Shown here piece by piece: positions 43,820 through 51,866 of a DNA stretch of 64,000 nt (its first letter is position 1; each line of letters begins with the position of its first letter). A program made the translations under genes and the position numbers. Source of the stretch: an uncultured bacterium (GTDB lineage: Bacteria; CAIWAD01); the NCBI GenBank assembly GCA_903910645.1, contig CAIWAD010000040.1, positions 14,768 through 78,767 on the forward strand, read 5' to 3'. Under the pieces are notes generated by a model, which saw only the letters and a list, made by a program, of their open reading frames with translations, did no database searches and was not told the DNA's origin.

Positions 43820-45216
43820 GCGTCGAACTCCTCGATTTGGGGCCAGGAAAAGATCTTGGCCGGGTTCAGAATATTGTTTGGGTCAAAAAGCCGTTTGATG
43901 TTCATCTGCAGCTGCTCACTTTGCGGAGACAGCTCAATGCCAATATAAGGCTGCTTCCAGCAACCCACACCATGTTCGGCGGTGATGGTTCCCCCAAAAT
44001 CCACGGCCAGCCGGAAGATTTCCTCCACCACCTGCCACATGCGCGCCAGGGAAGCCTCTCCCTCCTCCCTGGACAACACATTCACATGCAGATTGCCGTC
44101 CCCAAGATGTCCGTATGCCAGCACATGCACGCCCTTTGCTTGTCCCAGGCGTCGACACGCCTCCAGGCATTCCTGCAACCGATCCAGGGGCACGGCGATG
44201 TCTTCCGACAATTTCTGTGCGAAGCGTTCCCGCGTGGTGTGCGACAACCTGCGGCGAACCTCCCACAAACGCGCGGCCTTTTCGCCGCCTTCGGCCATCC
44301 ACACATCCAGGGCTCCAGCCTCCCCGCACAGATGTCCCAGACGCTCCGCCAGCTCCTCCGCCTCAGCGCGCCCGCCGTCCGCCTCCAGGAGTAGAAGGCT
44401 GCGGCACCCCTCTGGCAGAGCCATGGGCAGGTCACCGCGCACCAGCTCCACCGCCGCCTCGTCCATGAATTCCAGGGCGGAAGGCGTCAGTCCTTCCCGG
44501 TTGATGGTGGCGGCCAGAGCGCAGGCGGAGGCCGAATCGGGCAGCAGGGCCAACAGGGTAAGGGTGCGGGCCGGCTTGGGCTGCAGGCGCAACACCATGC
44601 GCGTGATCACCGCCAGGGTGCCTTCACTGCCAATGAGCAAATCGCGCAGGCTGTAGCCCGCCACACCCTTGCGCGTGCGGGGGCCACAAGTAATGACCTC
44701 GCCGGAAGGCAGCACGGCCTCCAGTTGCAACACATAGGCCCGCGTGACGCCGTACTTCACACAGCGTGGCCCGCCGGCGTCCTCCGCCACATTGCCGCCC
44801 AGGCTGCTGGACTCCCATGATGCAGGATCAGGCGGGTAGAAGAGGCCATGGGGGGCGGCGGCCTCCTGCAATTGGAAGTTGATCACTCCCGGCTCCACCA
44901 CGGCCCAGCGGTTGACGGGATCGATCTCCAGAATGCGGTTGAACCGCGCCATGCTGAGCACCACTCCGCCCCGCACAGCAAGCGCGCCACCGGACAATCC
45001 GGTCCCCGCTCCACGAGGCGTCACCGGCACCTTGTGGCGATTGGCCCAGCGCAGCAAGGCCTGGATGTCCGCCACGCTGCGGGCCTCCACCACTGCATGG
45101 GGAAGGTAGGGCACCTTCAGCTCGTCGGCGGCAAAGGCGACGCGGCGCTCGTCCAAAATGAGCGAAGCCGCTCCCACGGCGGCCTCCAGCTCGCGCAGCT
45201 GTTCAGCGCTCAACAT
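43816..45216 (-). CDS. FAD-linked oxidase (glycolate oxidase GlcD / D-lactate dehydrogenase family)
   Basis: FAD-binding PCMH domain motifs (PRGAGTGLSGGA...), C-terminal FAD-oxidase domain; GGAGG RBS; start-stop overlap with pal. Confidence 0.8.
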   Translation of the reverse strand: MLSAEQLRELEAAVGAASLILDERRVAFAADELKVPYLPHAVVEARSVADIQALLRWANRHKVPVTPRGAGTGLSGGALAVRGGVVLSMARFNRILEIDPVNRWAVVEPGVINFQLQEAAAPHGLFYPPDPASWESSSLGGNVAEDAGGPRCVKYGVTRAYVLQLEAVLPSGEVITCGPRTRKGVAGYSLRDLLIGSEGTLAVITRMVLRLQPKPARTLTLLALLPDSASACALAATINREGLTPSALEFMDEAAVELVRGDLPMALPEGCRSLLLLEADGGRAEAEELAERLGHLCGEAGALDVWMAEGGEKAARLWEVRRRLSHTTRERFAQKLSEDIAVPLDRLQECLEACRRLGQAKGVHVLAYGHLGDGNLHVNVLSREEGEASLARMWQVVEEIFRLAVDFGGTITAEHGVGCWKQPYIGIELSPQSEQLQMNIKRLFDPNNILNPAKIFSWPQIEEFDA

Positions 45217-45337
45217 CCAGCCTCCAAGACTCTCTCAGCAGCTCTCCTGCCCGAGCCGCGGGTTCTTTCAATGCGCAGCGCATGTCTCCTCTCCAGTCCG
45301 CCAGGGCGGAGGCCTTCAACGCTTCGCATTGAAGGTG

Positions 45338-45768
45338 AAGGCAACCTTTCTGTCGCGCCAGAAAGGTTGCGCCAAAGAGCGCTCTCCAAGACCCGGCGCG
45401 CTGAAGCGGACGGCTTCCCGGCCGTCCTTGGCAGCGCGCATTGAGCCCAAGGGGACGCCATGGCAGTTGGTTCCGGCCTGTCGGCCGTCACCGGGAATTC
45501 CCGCCACCGCAACATCTCCCTGGATTCGGGCCTTGAGATCCTACTCGGCGCAAATGCAACCTTTCTGTCGCGCCAGAAAGGTTGCGCCAAAGAGCGCTCT
45601 CCAAGCCCCAGCGCGCTGAAGCGGCCGGCCTCCCGGCCGTCCTTGGCAGCGCGCATTGCGCCCAAGGTGACGCCATGGCAGTTGGTTCCGGCCTATCGGC
45701 CGTCACCGAGAATTCCCGCCACCCAACATCTCTCGGACTCGAGTCTTGAGATCCTTCTCAGCCAGTGG
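45338..45768. repeat. Tandem direct repeat, 2 copies of 215 bp at ~90% identity. Each unit holds a 10-bp-stem hairpin AACCTTTCTG-TCGCGC-CAGAAAGGTT and the palindrome AGAGCGCTCT
   Basis: The period was measured between identical landmarks (45343 vs 45558; 45501 vs 45716); non-coding. Confidence 0.8.
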
Positions 45769-45930
45769 CTCTCGTTCGCGGGTTCGCTGCGCGAGTCCTC
45801 AATCGTGTCATCCCAGCCAAGGCTGGGATCTCGCGACAAAACAGATTCCCGCTTTCGCGGGAATGACAGGTCCAATTCAAGCTTTTCAACGCATCAGCTC
45901 CCCTCCTCAAGATGTGCGACTCGAGGAGGA
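45716..45930 (+). repeat. Dispersed structured intergenic repeat, copy B (contains ATTCCCGCTTTCGCGGGAATGACAGG at 45845-45870)
   Basis: Shares ordered modules with copies at 7375, 15970, 33648, 39185 and 52897. Confidence 0.7.
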
Positions 45931-45946
45931 TCGATGACCAGGGGGG

Positions 45947-47179
45947 CTACTTTCCTGCGAATTCCCTCTCATAGAGACCATGCAGGAAGCGCATCAGCTC
46001 TTCCTCGCAGGAAGCAAGCGTCAAGCCCCGACGCTCTTTCACAATGCGTGCCGTGGCCAGGGCTTTTTCCAAATCATATGCGTCAATGCCATCCTGGGGT
46101 CCGCCCCAGGAGAAGGGCGGAACTTCCTTTGGGGGAAAACCGCCGCCCCAGATGTTGGCGAACAGGCCCACCACGGTGCCGGTGTTGAACATGGTGTTGA
46201 TGCCGGTCTTGGCGTGGTCGCCCATCATCAGGCCCACGAAGCGCTGGCCCGTGTCCACTTTCTGGCCGCGCAGGCTGACCTGCACTGCGCCGTAGTTGTT
46301 CTTCAGGTCGCTGTTGTTGGTGTCCGCCCCCAGGTTGGTCCATTCACCCAGGTAGGCGTGGCCCAGGAATCCGTCGTGCTGCTTGTTGGCGTATCCCTGC
46401 AGGATGCTCTCCGCCACCTCACCGGCCACACGGCAACAGGGCCCCAGGTGGTTGCCACCCAACAGGCGCGTGCCAGCCTTCAACCGGGATCCCTCGCCAA
46501 TGAAGCACGGCCCTTCCACCACGCAGAAAGGGCCAATCTGCACGCCGCGGTCAATGACAATGGGTCCATGGGAGGCATCCAGCACACAATAGGGCGCCAC
46601 GGTGGCGCCGGCCTCGATGTGGATGCGTTCGGCGGCCAGGAAGCGCACACTCAAGTCCACGCCTTCCGGTGGAGCGGCGTCTCCCAGGAGTTGCAGGCGC
46701 TCTTCCAGATATGGGAAATCCGCCTCCGCGGCTTGCGGCAGCACATGCACGAGGTCCCACAGGCGCTGGGCCAACACCATGCCCTCCGGGCATTCCATGA
46801 TGTCCAGCTCCGGCCCTCCGCCATCCAGGTGGGCCAGGCCATCCGCCTCCAGGCGCGCCGCCATCAGCACATCATCCTCGGAAAGAATGCCCTGACCGGG
46901 TTCAAGGGAGAGCACGGCCTCGGCGTCCAGCTCCAACAGGCGGCCGTTCACCATCAGGATGTCCCCACCCTCCTCAAACTCAGGCTGGCCCAACCCCAGA
47001 CGCGCTGCCACCGCCTGCAAGGGTCCTCGGCACAGGCCGCCGGAGGCCACCATTCCCAGGCGCCATTCCAGGCGCTCCCGCAGGGTGCCCAGCCCTGTGC
47101 GCAGGTCCCACACAGGGCGCAGTTCCGTCAAGGGATAGAAATCCCGCACCTGGGGATCTTCGAAGAGGATCAGTCTCAT
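45947..47179 (-). CDS. Left-handed beta-helix (hexapeptide-repeat) protein with an N-terminal nucleotidyltransferase-like region (GlmU-like putative sugar-phosphate nucleotidyltransferase/acyltransferase)
   Basis: Hexapeptide repeats in the C-terminal half (...EWTNLGADTNNSDLKNNYGAVQV...GINTMFNTGTVVG...); ATGA overlap with parB. Confidence 0.5.
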   Translation of the reverse strand: MRLILFEDPQVRDFYPLTELRPVWDLRTGLGTLRERLEWRLGMVASGGLCRGPLQAVAARLGLGQPEFEEGGDILMVNGRLLELDAEAVLSLEPGQGILSEDDVLMAARLEADGLAHLDGGGPELDIMECPEGMVLAQRLWDLVHVLPQAAEADFPYLEERLQLLGDAAPPEGVDLSVRFLAAERIHIEAGATVAPYCVLDASHGPIVIDRGVQIGPFCVVEGPCFIGEGSRLKAGTRLLGGNHLGPCCRVAGEVAESILQGYANKQHDGFLGHAYLGEWTNLGADTNNSDLKNNYGAVQVSLRGQKVDTGQRFVGLMMGDHAKTGINTMFNTGTVVGLFANIWGGGFPPKEVPPFSWGGPQDGIDAYDLEKALATARIVKERRGLTLASCEEELMRFLHGLYEREFAGK

Positions 47180-48063
47180 GAGGCGTCCATGGCTTGCAGC
47201 AGTTCCACCAGGCGATCCAGCTCCTCCCGGGTGTGATACTCAATGCGGATCTGCCCGCGGTTGCGGTTGGGGCTGATGCTCACGCGGGCACCCAGGCAAC
47301 CGCAGAGGTTTTCCTCCGCCTGCAGGATGTCGAAGGGCTTCACCACCGCCGGCGCGGGTTGGGCCTCACGCTGGCGGCGCACCAGCTCCTCCAGTTGGCG
47401 GACGCTTAAATCCCGCTTCACGCAGAGCTGCCAGCAGCGGATTTTCTCATCGTCCGAGCCCAGGCCCAGCAACACCTTGGCGTGGCCGAAGGAGATCTTG
47501 CCCTCCTTCAGACTGACCTTGATCACCGTGGGCAGCTTGTTCAGGCGCAGCAGATTGCTCACCGCCGGGCGGCTCATGCCCAGGGTCTGGCCCAATTCCT
47601 CCTGGCTCATGCCGTGCTCCTCAATTAGCACGCGCAGACCGTTGGACAAGTCCAGGGGGTGCAAATCCTCGCGCTGGATGTTCTCCAACAGGGCCAGCTT
47701 CATCAACCCGCCTTCGTCCGGCCGCTCCCGCACAAGGGCGGGAATGGTCTTGCGTCCGGCAAGCTGGCTGGCGCGCCAGCGGCGCTCGCCGGCGATGAGC
47801 GTGTACAGGCCGCCGTCCTCGAAGACCAGCACGGGCTGCAACACGCCATTGGCGCGGATGCTCTGGGCCAGCTCCTCCAGCTCGGCGGATTCAAAGTCCC
47901 GTCGGGGCTGCTGGCGGTTGCGATTGATCAGTTCCAGGGGCAGCTGATGCACGCGCTCGCCGTCGGGAAGAGAAGGCTCGGTGGCTTGCGTGGCAAGAGC
48001 GGTGTCGGCGGGCTTTTGAATGAGGGCCGATAGGCCTCTACCCAGTGGTTTGGACCGATTCAT
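47176..48063 (-). CDS. parB: Chromosome partitioning protein ParB/Spo0J
   Basis: ParB box motifs (...YTLIAGERRWRASQLAG...), HTH (MSQEELGQTLGMSRPAVSNLLRL); ATG 48061-48063. Confidence 0.9.
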   Translation of the reverse strand: MNRSKPLGRGLSALIQKPADTALATQATEPSLPDGERVHQLPLELINRNRQQPRRDFESAELEELAQSIRANGVLQPVLVFEDGGLYTLIAGERRWRASQLAGRKTIPALVRERPDEGGLMKLALLENIQREDLHPLDLSNGLRVLIEEHGMSQEELGQTLGMSRPAVSNLLRLNKLPTVIKVSLKEGKISFGHAKVLLGLGSDDEKIRCWQLCVKRDLSVRQLEELVRRQREAQPAPAVVKPFDILQAEENLCGCLGARVSISPNRNRGQIRIEYHTREELDRLVELLQAMDAS

Positions 48064-48814
48064 CAAGGATCTCCTGGGCCAGGGCGATGTAGTTCTGGCT
48101 GCCCGGGCTGCCCGCGTCGTAGAGCAGGATGGGCTTGCCGTGGCTGGGGGCCTCGCCCAGCTTCACATTGCGGCGGATGATGCTGGAGTACATGCGGTCG
48201 CCGAAGTGGTCCTCCACTTCCTTGCGCACCATGTTGCACAGATTCAGGCGGCTGTCGTACATGGTAAGCACCACGCCACGCACCACCAGCTGCGGGTTCA
48301 GGCTTTCGCGCACCAGCTCGATGGTGTTCAGCAGCTGGCTTAGACCCTCCAGTGCGTAGTACTCGGCCTGGATGGGGATGATCACGCCGTCCGCCGCGCA
48401 CAGGGTGTTCACGGTGAGCAGGCTCAAGGAGGGTGGGCAGTCAATGAGGATGTACTCATAGTCCGCCGCCACCTGGGCCAGTGCTTTCTTCAGACGATAC
48501 TCGCGGCCAAGCGCGGCCACCAGCTCCACTTCCGCCCCCACCAGACGCATGCTGCTGGGCAGGATGTCCAGCCCCTCGATCTGGGTGGGATGAATGGCCT
48601 CCCGCACTTGGGAGGGATCCAGCAGGCATTCGTAGACGCAGGGACGCCCGTCCTCCCGCTCCAACCCGCTGCCACTGGAGGCATTGGCCTGGGGATCCAT
48701 GTCCACCAGAAGCACACGGCGCTCCGAGACAGCCAGGCAGGCGGCAAGATTGACGGCGGTGGTGGTTTTGCCAACTCCACCCTTTTGATTGGCAAACGCA
48801 ATGATTTCAGCCAT
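48038..48814 (-). CDS. parA: Chromosome partitioning ATPase ParA/Soj
   Basis: Deviant Walker A IIAFANQKGGVGKTTTAVNLAA; ATG 48812-48814; overlaps parB by 26 nt. Confidence 0.9.
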   Translation of the reverse strand: MAEIIAFANQKGGVGKTTTAVNLAACLAVSERRVLLVDMDPQANASSGSGLEREDGRPCVYECLLDPSQVREAIHPTQIEGLDILPSSMRLVGAEVELVAALGREYRLKKALAQVAADYEYILIDCPPSLSLLTVNTLCAADGVIIPIQAEYYALEGLSQLLNTIELVRESLNPQLVVRGVVLTMYDSRLNLCNMVRKEVEDHFGDRMYSSIIRRNVKLGEAPSHGKPILLYDAGSPGSQNYIALAQEILDESVQTTG

Positions 48815-49170
48815 GGCCGAATATAGGAAGGGGGAAGCGCCTTCCGCAGGGGCATCCCGCGCGGATGGACGCCCAGCCACGGATTTGGAGGTTTGCGTCA
48901 AGGCCAATGGGCGATGTTCTGTTTAAGATCTGTTCAGTGGTGACCGATTTGCAACATTTCGCAGAATCTTCTGTTCATTTTCATAACATTTTCACCATGA
49001 AATGGGCGGCAGAAACATCCAATTATCAGCAACATCCATAGTCTATTCATACAATTTTTAACGATTTCTATCGGGAATTTCCACCGACTGGCCTGATTCT
49101 TGCCAATATCTCTCCATCAACCCGCTTGGCGGGCTTGCACACAGCACATTTTCAACCATCGGAGTCCATC
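48815..49170. promoter_or_regulatory. AT-rich intergenic region between parA (leftward) and the first plus-strand gene, holding a strand-orientation switch point
   Basis: Local GC is visibly far below the ~69% background (runs such as TTCATTTTCATAACATTTTCACCATGAAAT, CAATTTTTAACGATTTCTATCGG); no canonical DnaA box or parS was found. Confidence 0.4.
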
Positions 49171-50658
49171 ATGAAACAGGCGCTTGTCTTGTCCCTGGTG
49201 CTTGGGCTGTCCCAGGCGGTTCTGGCAGAGGAATACTCCCAATGGAAGGCGTCGCAGGGGCCCTCGGGCGCCCAGCGCAGCTTCCTTTCCGTGAGCAACG
49301 GGGCCGTGGAGGCCCATGTGGGTGAACTGGGCACAGGCAACACGGGCCGCTTCACCATCGGCACGGGGGCGGGCGAATACCTGCTTTACGGCCACGGTGG
49401 CGACCCGTGGAGCAGCTATGTGCGCATCCGTGTGGATGGTTTGGTGTACGCCCCGGAGGGCGGCGGTCTCTTTGATGTGGCCATGTTGCCCGTGGCGGGA
49501 CCGGCCATTGTGGGCAATGGCATCGTCACATCGTGGAGTGCCGATGGCGTGATGCTCACACAGACCCTGACGCCGGTGATGGTGAACGGCGAAGGCACTG
49601 TGGCCATTGATTACGAGGTATTGAACACCAGCACCTATGGACGCGAGGTCTCGGTGATGCTGGAAATGGACACCATGGTGAACTGGAATGACGCGGCGCC
49701 CATTTCCACCAGCAATGGCTACATCGCTGTGGAAAGCTGCTATACCGGCGGTCAGGTGCCCAACACCTGGCAGGCCTTTGAAGAAAGCCCCACCCAGGAT
49801 CCCAGTCTATTGGTGGGTTGTGGCATCCTGAACGGCTTCGGCGCCACCCTACCGGACTTCGCAGCCTTTGGTGCCTGGGGCAATGTGTACGGTGGCCCCT
49901 TCGACTTTGTTTGCTCGGGCTACGGCTACGGCGACAGCGGCTGCCTGCTGCGCTGGAACGCCGGCCTGATGATGCCGGGCCAGGGCGATTCCTATAAGAC
50001 CTTTTACGGAACCTGCACCGAATACACGGTGCCTGGTGAGCTAAGCCTGAGTCTGGGCGGCACCACGGCCCTGAGCTGCCAGAATGGCGAGATTGAGCCC
50101 AATCCCTTTGATGTGAACCTGCTGGTGACGAATACGGGTGGCGAGCTTTGCCACGATGTGGTGGCCACCGTCTACCCGGGCGCTGGCTTGATCGGCGGCG
50201 CGCCGGTGTGGATTGGCGACCTGGCCCCCGGTGGCGTGGGCGCGGCCTCCTTCTTCATCACGGCAATGGAGCCCTATTGCGACTACTGGGGCTTCTACAC
50301 GGTGGAAGTGACATCGGCGGACTGCCCGGGCAATGTGATCAGCCGGGAGATCTGGGTGCCCTGCTGCGATGCTGTGAACGCACCTGAGCAGGTTCTTGCC
50401 TTCCAGCTGGGCGCGGCCCATCCCAATCCCTTCAACCCGGTGACCACCCTCTCCTTCACCATGGCGGAGACCGGTGCGGCCACCCTGGCGGTGTTCAACC
50501 TGGCGGGCGTGGAAGTGGCCCGTCCCTTCAACGGCCTGGCGGAGCGGGGCGAGCACGCGCTGACCTTCGACGCCAGCGGCCTGCCCAGCGGCATCTACCT
50601 CTACACCCTGAGCACGGCCCAGGGCGTGCAGACGAGGAAGATGATCCTGACCAAGTAG
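49171..50658 (+). CDS. Secreted protein with a C-terminal T9SS-CTD/FlgD-Ig-like sorting domain (cargo paralog 1)
   Basis: ATG 49171 with GGAG 7 nt upstream; signal peptide MKQALVLSLVLGLSQAVLA; C-terminus ...HPNPFNPVTTLSFTMAETGAATLAVFNLAGVEVARPFNGLAERGEHALTFDASGLPSGIYLYTLSTAQGVQTRKMILTK. Confidence 0.65.
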   Translation: MKQALVLSLVLGLSQAVLAEEYSQWKASQGPSGAQRSFLSVSNGAVEAHVGELGTGNTGRFTIGTGAGEYLLYGHGGDPWSSYVRIRVDGLVYAPEGGGLFDVAMLPVAGPAIVGNGIVTSWSADGVMLTQTLTPVMVNGEGTVAIDYEVLNTSTYGREVSVMLEMDTMVNWNDAAPISTSNGYIAVESCYTGGQVPNTWQAFEESPTQDPSLLVGCGILNGFGATLPDFAAFGAWGNVYGGPFDFVCSGYGYGDSGCLLRWNAGLMMPGQGDSYKTFYGTCTEYTVPGELSLSLGGTTALSCQNGEIEPNPFDVNLLVTNTGGELCHDVVATVYPGAGLIGGAPVWIGDLAPGGVGAASFFITAMEPYCDYWGFYTVEVTSADCPGNVISREIWVPCCDAVNAPEQVLAFQLGAAHPNPFNPVTTLSFTMAETGAATLAVFNLAGVEVARPFNGLAERGEHALTFDASGLPSGIYLYTLSTAQGVQTRKMILTK

Positions 50659-50696
50659 CAACCCCGTGCGGCACCCCAACCGCATCAACCTGGGAG

Positions 50697-50728
50697 CCCG
50701 GCGGAGTGCCTGCCGCCGGGCCCCGTTT
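50697..50728 (+). terminator. Putative intrinsic terminator after cargo paralog 1 (CCCGGCGG-AGTGCCTG-CCGCCGGG, then CCCCGTTT)
   Basis: GC-rich hairpin followed by a short T-rich run; a paralogous copy follows the next gene. Confidence 0.45.
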
Positions 50729-50763
50729 ACAACCCGCGGAAGATTCCGCAGAAGGAGAGTCCC

Positions 50764-51681
50764 ATGCATCGTGCCACGACACCTGTCCTGACCCTGGCGG
50801 CCGCCCTGCTTTTGGGGAGCTTGGCAACCGCCCAGGCGGAGACCATCACCCTGCGCAGTGGCAATGGCCCTGCCGGTGGCCCCGACGCTGTCCTGACCTT
50901 TTTTCAAGGTCCACTGGACGGCGAGTTCAGTGTTCCCTTCACGCCCATTGACTACGCCAGCGCCCTGGCTGGCCCGCCGGCAGAGATCCTGACCCAGCTC
51001 AACGGCGCATGGACGCCCACGCTGGTGGCGGATCCCCTGGCCCAATGGGTTTCGGATAGCCAATCCGGTGCATGGAGCGGCAGCACAAACCTTTACGCCA
51101 TTCCTTTCGTGGTAAGCAGCGCGGTGGTCAGCTCCGCCACGCTGGACTTTCACTTCCTGTGTGACAACTGGGTGGGCGAGTACTACGCCAACATCAACGA
51201 GGGACTCCACCTCAATGGGTCGAGTGTGGCTGGCACCATTGGCGGCAACTACGCCAACGAGACCAATTGGTACAGCATCCCCGTCACCGGCCTGGTGAAC
51301 CCCGGCCCCAATGTGCTCTATGTGCTGTCCAGCGATGTGGGCGGACCTGGTGGCATTGTGTTCAGCGCCACCCTGCGCATCAATGGCGATGGCACCGTGG
51401 ACGCGCCGGAGAGCGCGCAGGCTTTCCAGCTGGGCGAAGCCTATCCCAATCCCTTCAACCCGGTGACCACCCTTTCCTTCACCATGGCTGAGACTGGCCC
51501 CGCCACGCTGGCGGTGCACAATCTGGCGGGTGTGGAAGTGGCCCGTCCCTTCAGCGGCATGGCGGAGCGTGGAAGCCACGAGCTGACCTTCGACGCCTCG
51601 GCCCTGCCCAGCGGCATCTACCTCTACACCCTGAGCACGGAGAGCGGGGTGCAGACGCGCAAGATGATCCTGACCAAATAG
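50764..51681 (+). CDS. Secreted protein with a near-identical C-terminal sorting domain (cargo paralog 2)
   Basis: GGAGAG RBS; signal peptide; C-terminal 85 aa >90% identical to the preceding gene's CTD; unrelated N-terminal domain. Confidence 0.65.
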   Translation: MHRATTPVLTLAAALLLGSLATAQAETITLRSGNGPAGGPDAVLTFFQGPLDGEFSVPFTPIDYASALAGPPAEILTQLNGAWTPTLVADPLAQWVSDSQSGAWSGSTNLYAIPFVVSSAVVSSATLDFHFLCDNWVGEYYANINEGLHLNGSSVAGTIGGNYANETNWYSIPVTGLVNPGPNVLYVLSSDVGGPGGIVFSATLRINGDGTVDAPESAQAFQLGEAYPNPFNPVTTLSFTMAETGPATLAVHNLAGVEVARPFSGMAERGSHELTFDASALPSGIYLYTLSTESGVQTRKMILTK

Positions 51682-51714
51682 CGTCCTTGCGGCACCCCTG
51701 CCGCTTCTACCTGG

Positions 51715-51750
51715 AGCCCGGTCGCCAACACGGCCGGGCTCTTCTTTATT
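51715..51750 (+). terminator. Putative intrinsic terminator after cargo paralog 2 (AGCCCGG...CCGGGCT, then CTTCTTTATT)
   Basis: GC hairpin followed by a T-rich tract. Confidence 0.55.
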
Positions 51751-51866
51751 GTCTGTCGCCAAAGCCGGATTGCTGAGCCGTCGGGCGATTTCCCTTCCCT
51801 GCATCGAGGGGGAGCGCCGTGGCTAAATGATATTCCCCCCATTCATTGGCAGAGCGGCGAGGCCCC

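Noticed and set aside
45338-45768. Possible CRISPR array
   Set aside because: The repeat unit is 215 bp with no short repeat-spacer periodicity and no cas genes nearby. It is a simple tandem duplication, not CRISPR.
45158-46188. Small ORFs (e.g. 45460-46188, 242 aa) inside the 215-bp tandem repeat region
   Set aside because: The reading frames are created and extended by the DNA repeat itself. The translations are Ser/Pro/Arg-rich with no RBS. The region is better explained as non-coding structured repeat.
48960-48990. parS-like or DnaA-box-like sequences (CATTTTCACCATGAAATG; TTATCAGCA) next to parA
   Set aside because: It has an extra base relative to the 16-bp parS palindrome and two or more mismatches, and there is no second copy. 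It is not convincing without a genome-wide comparison.
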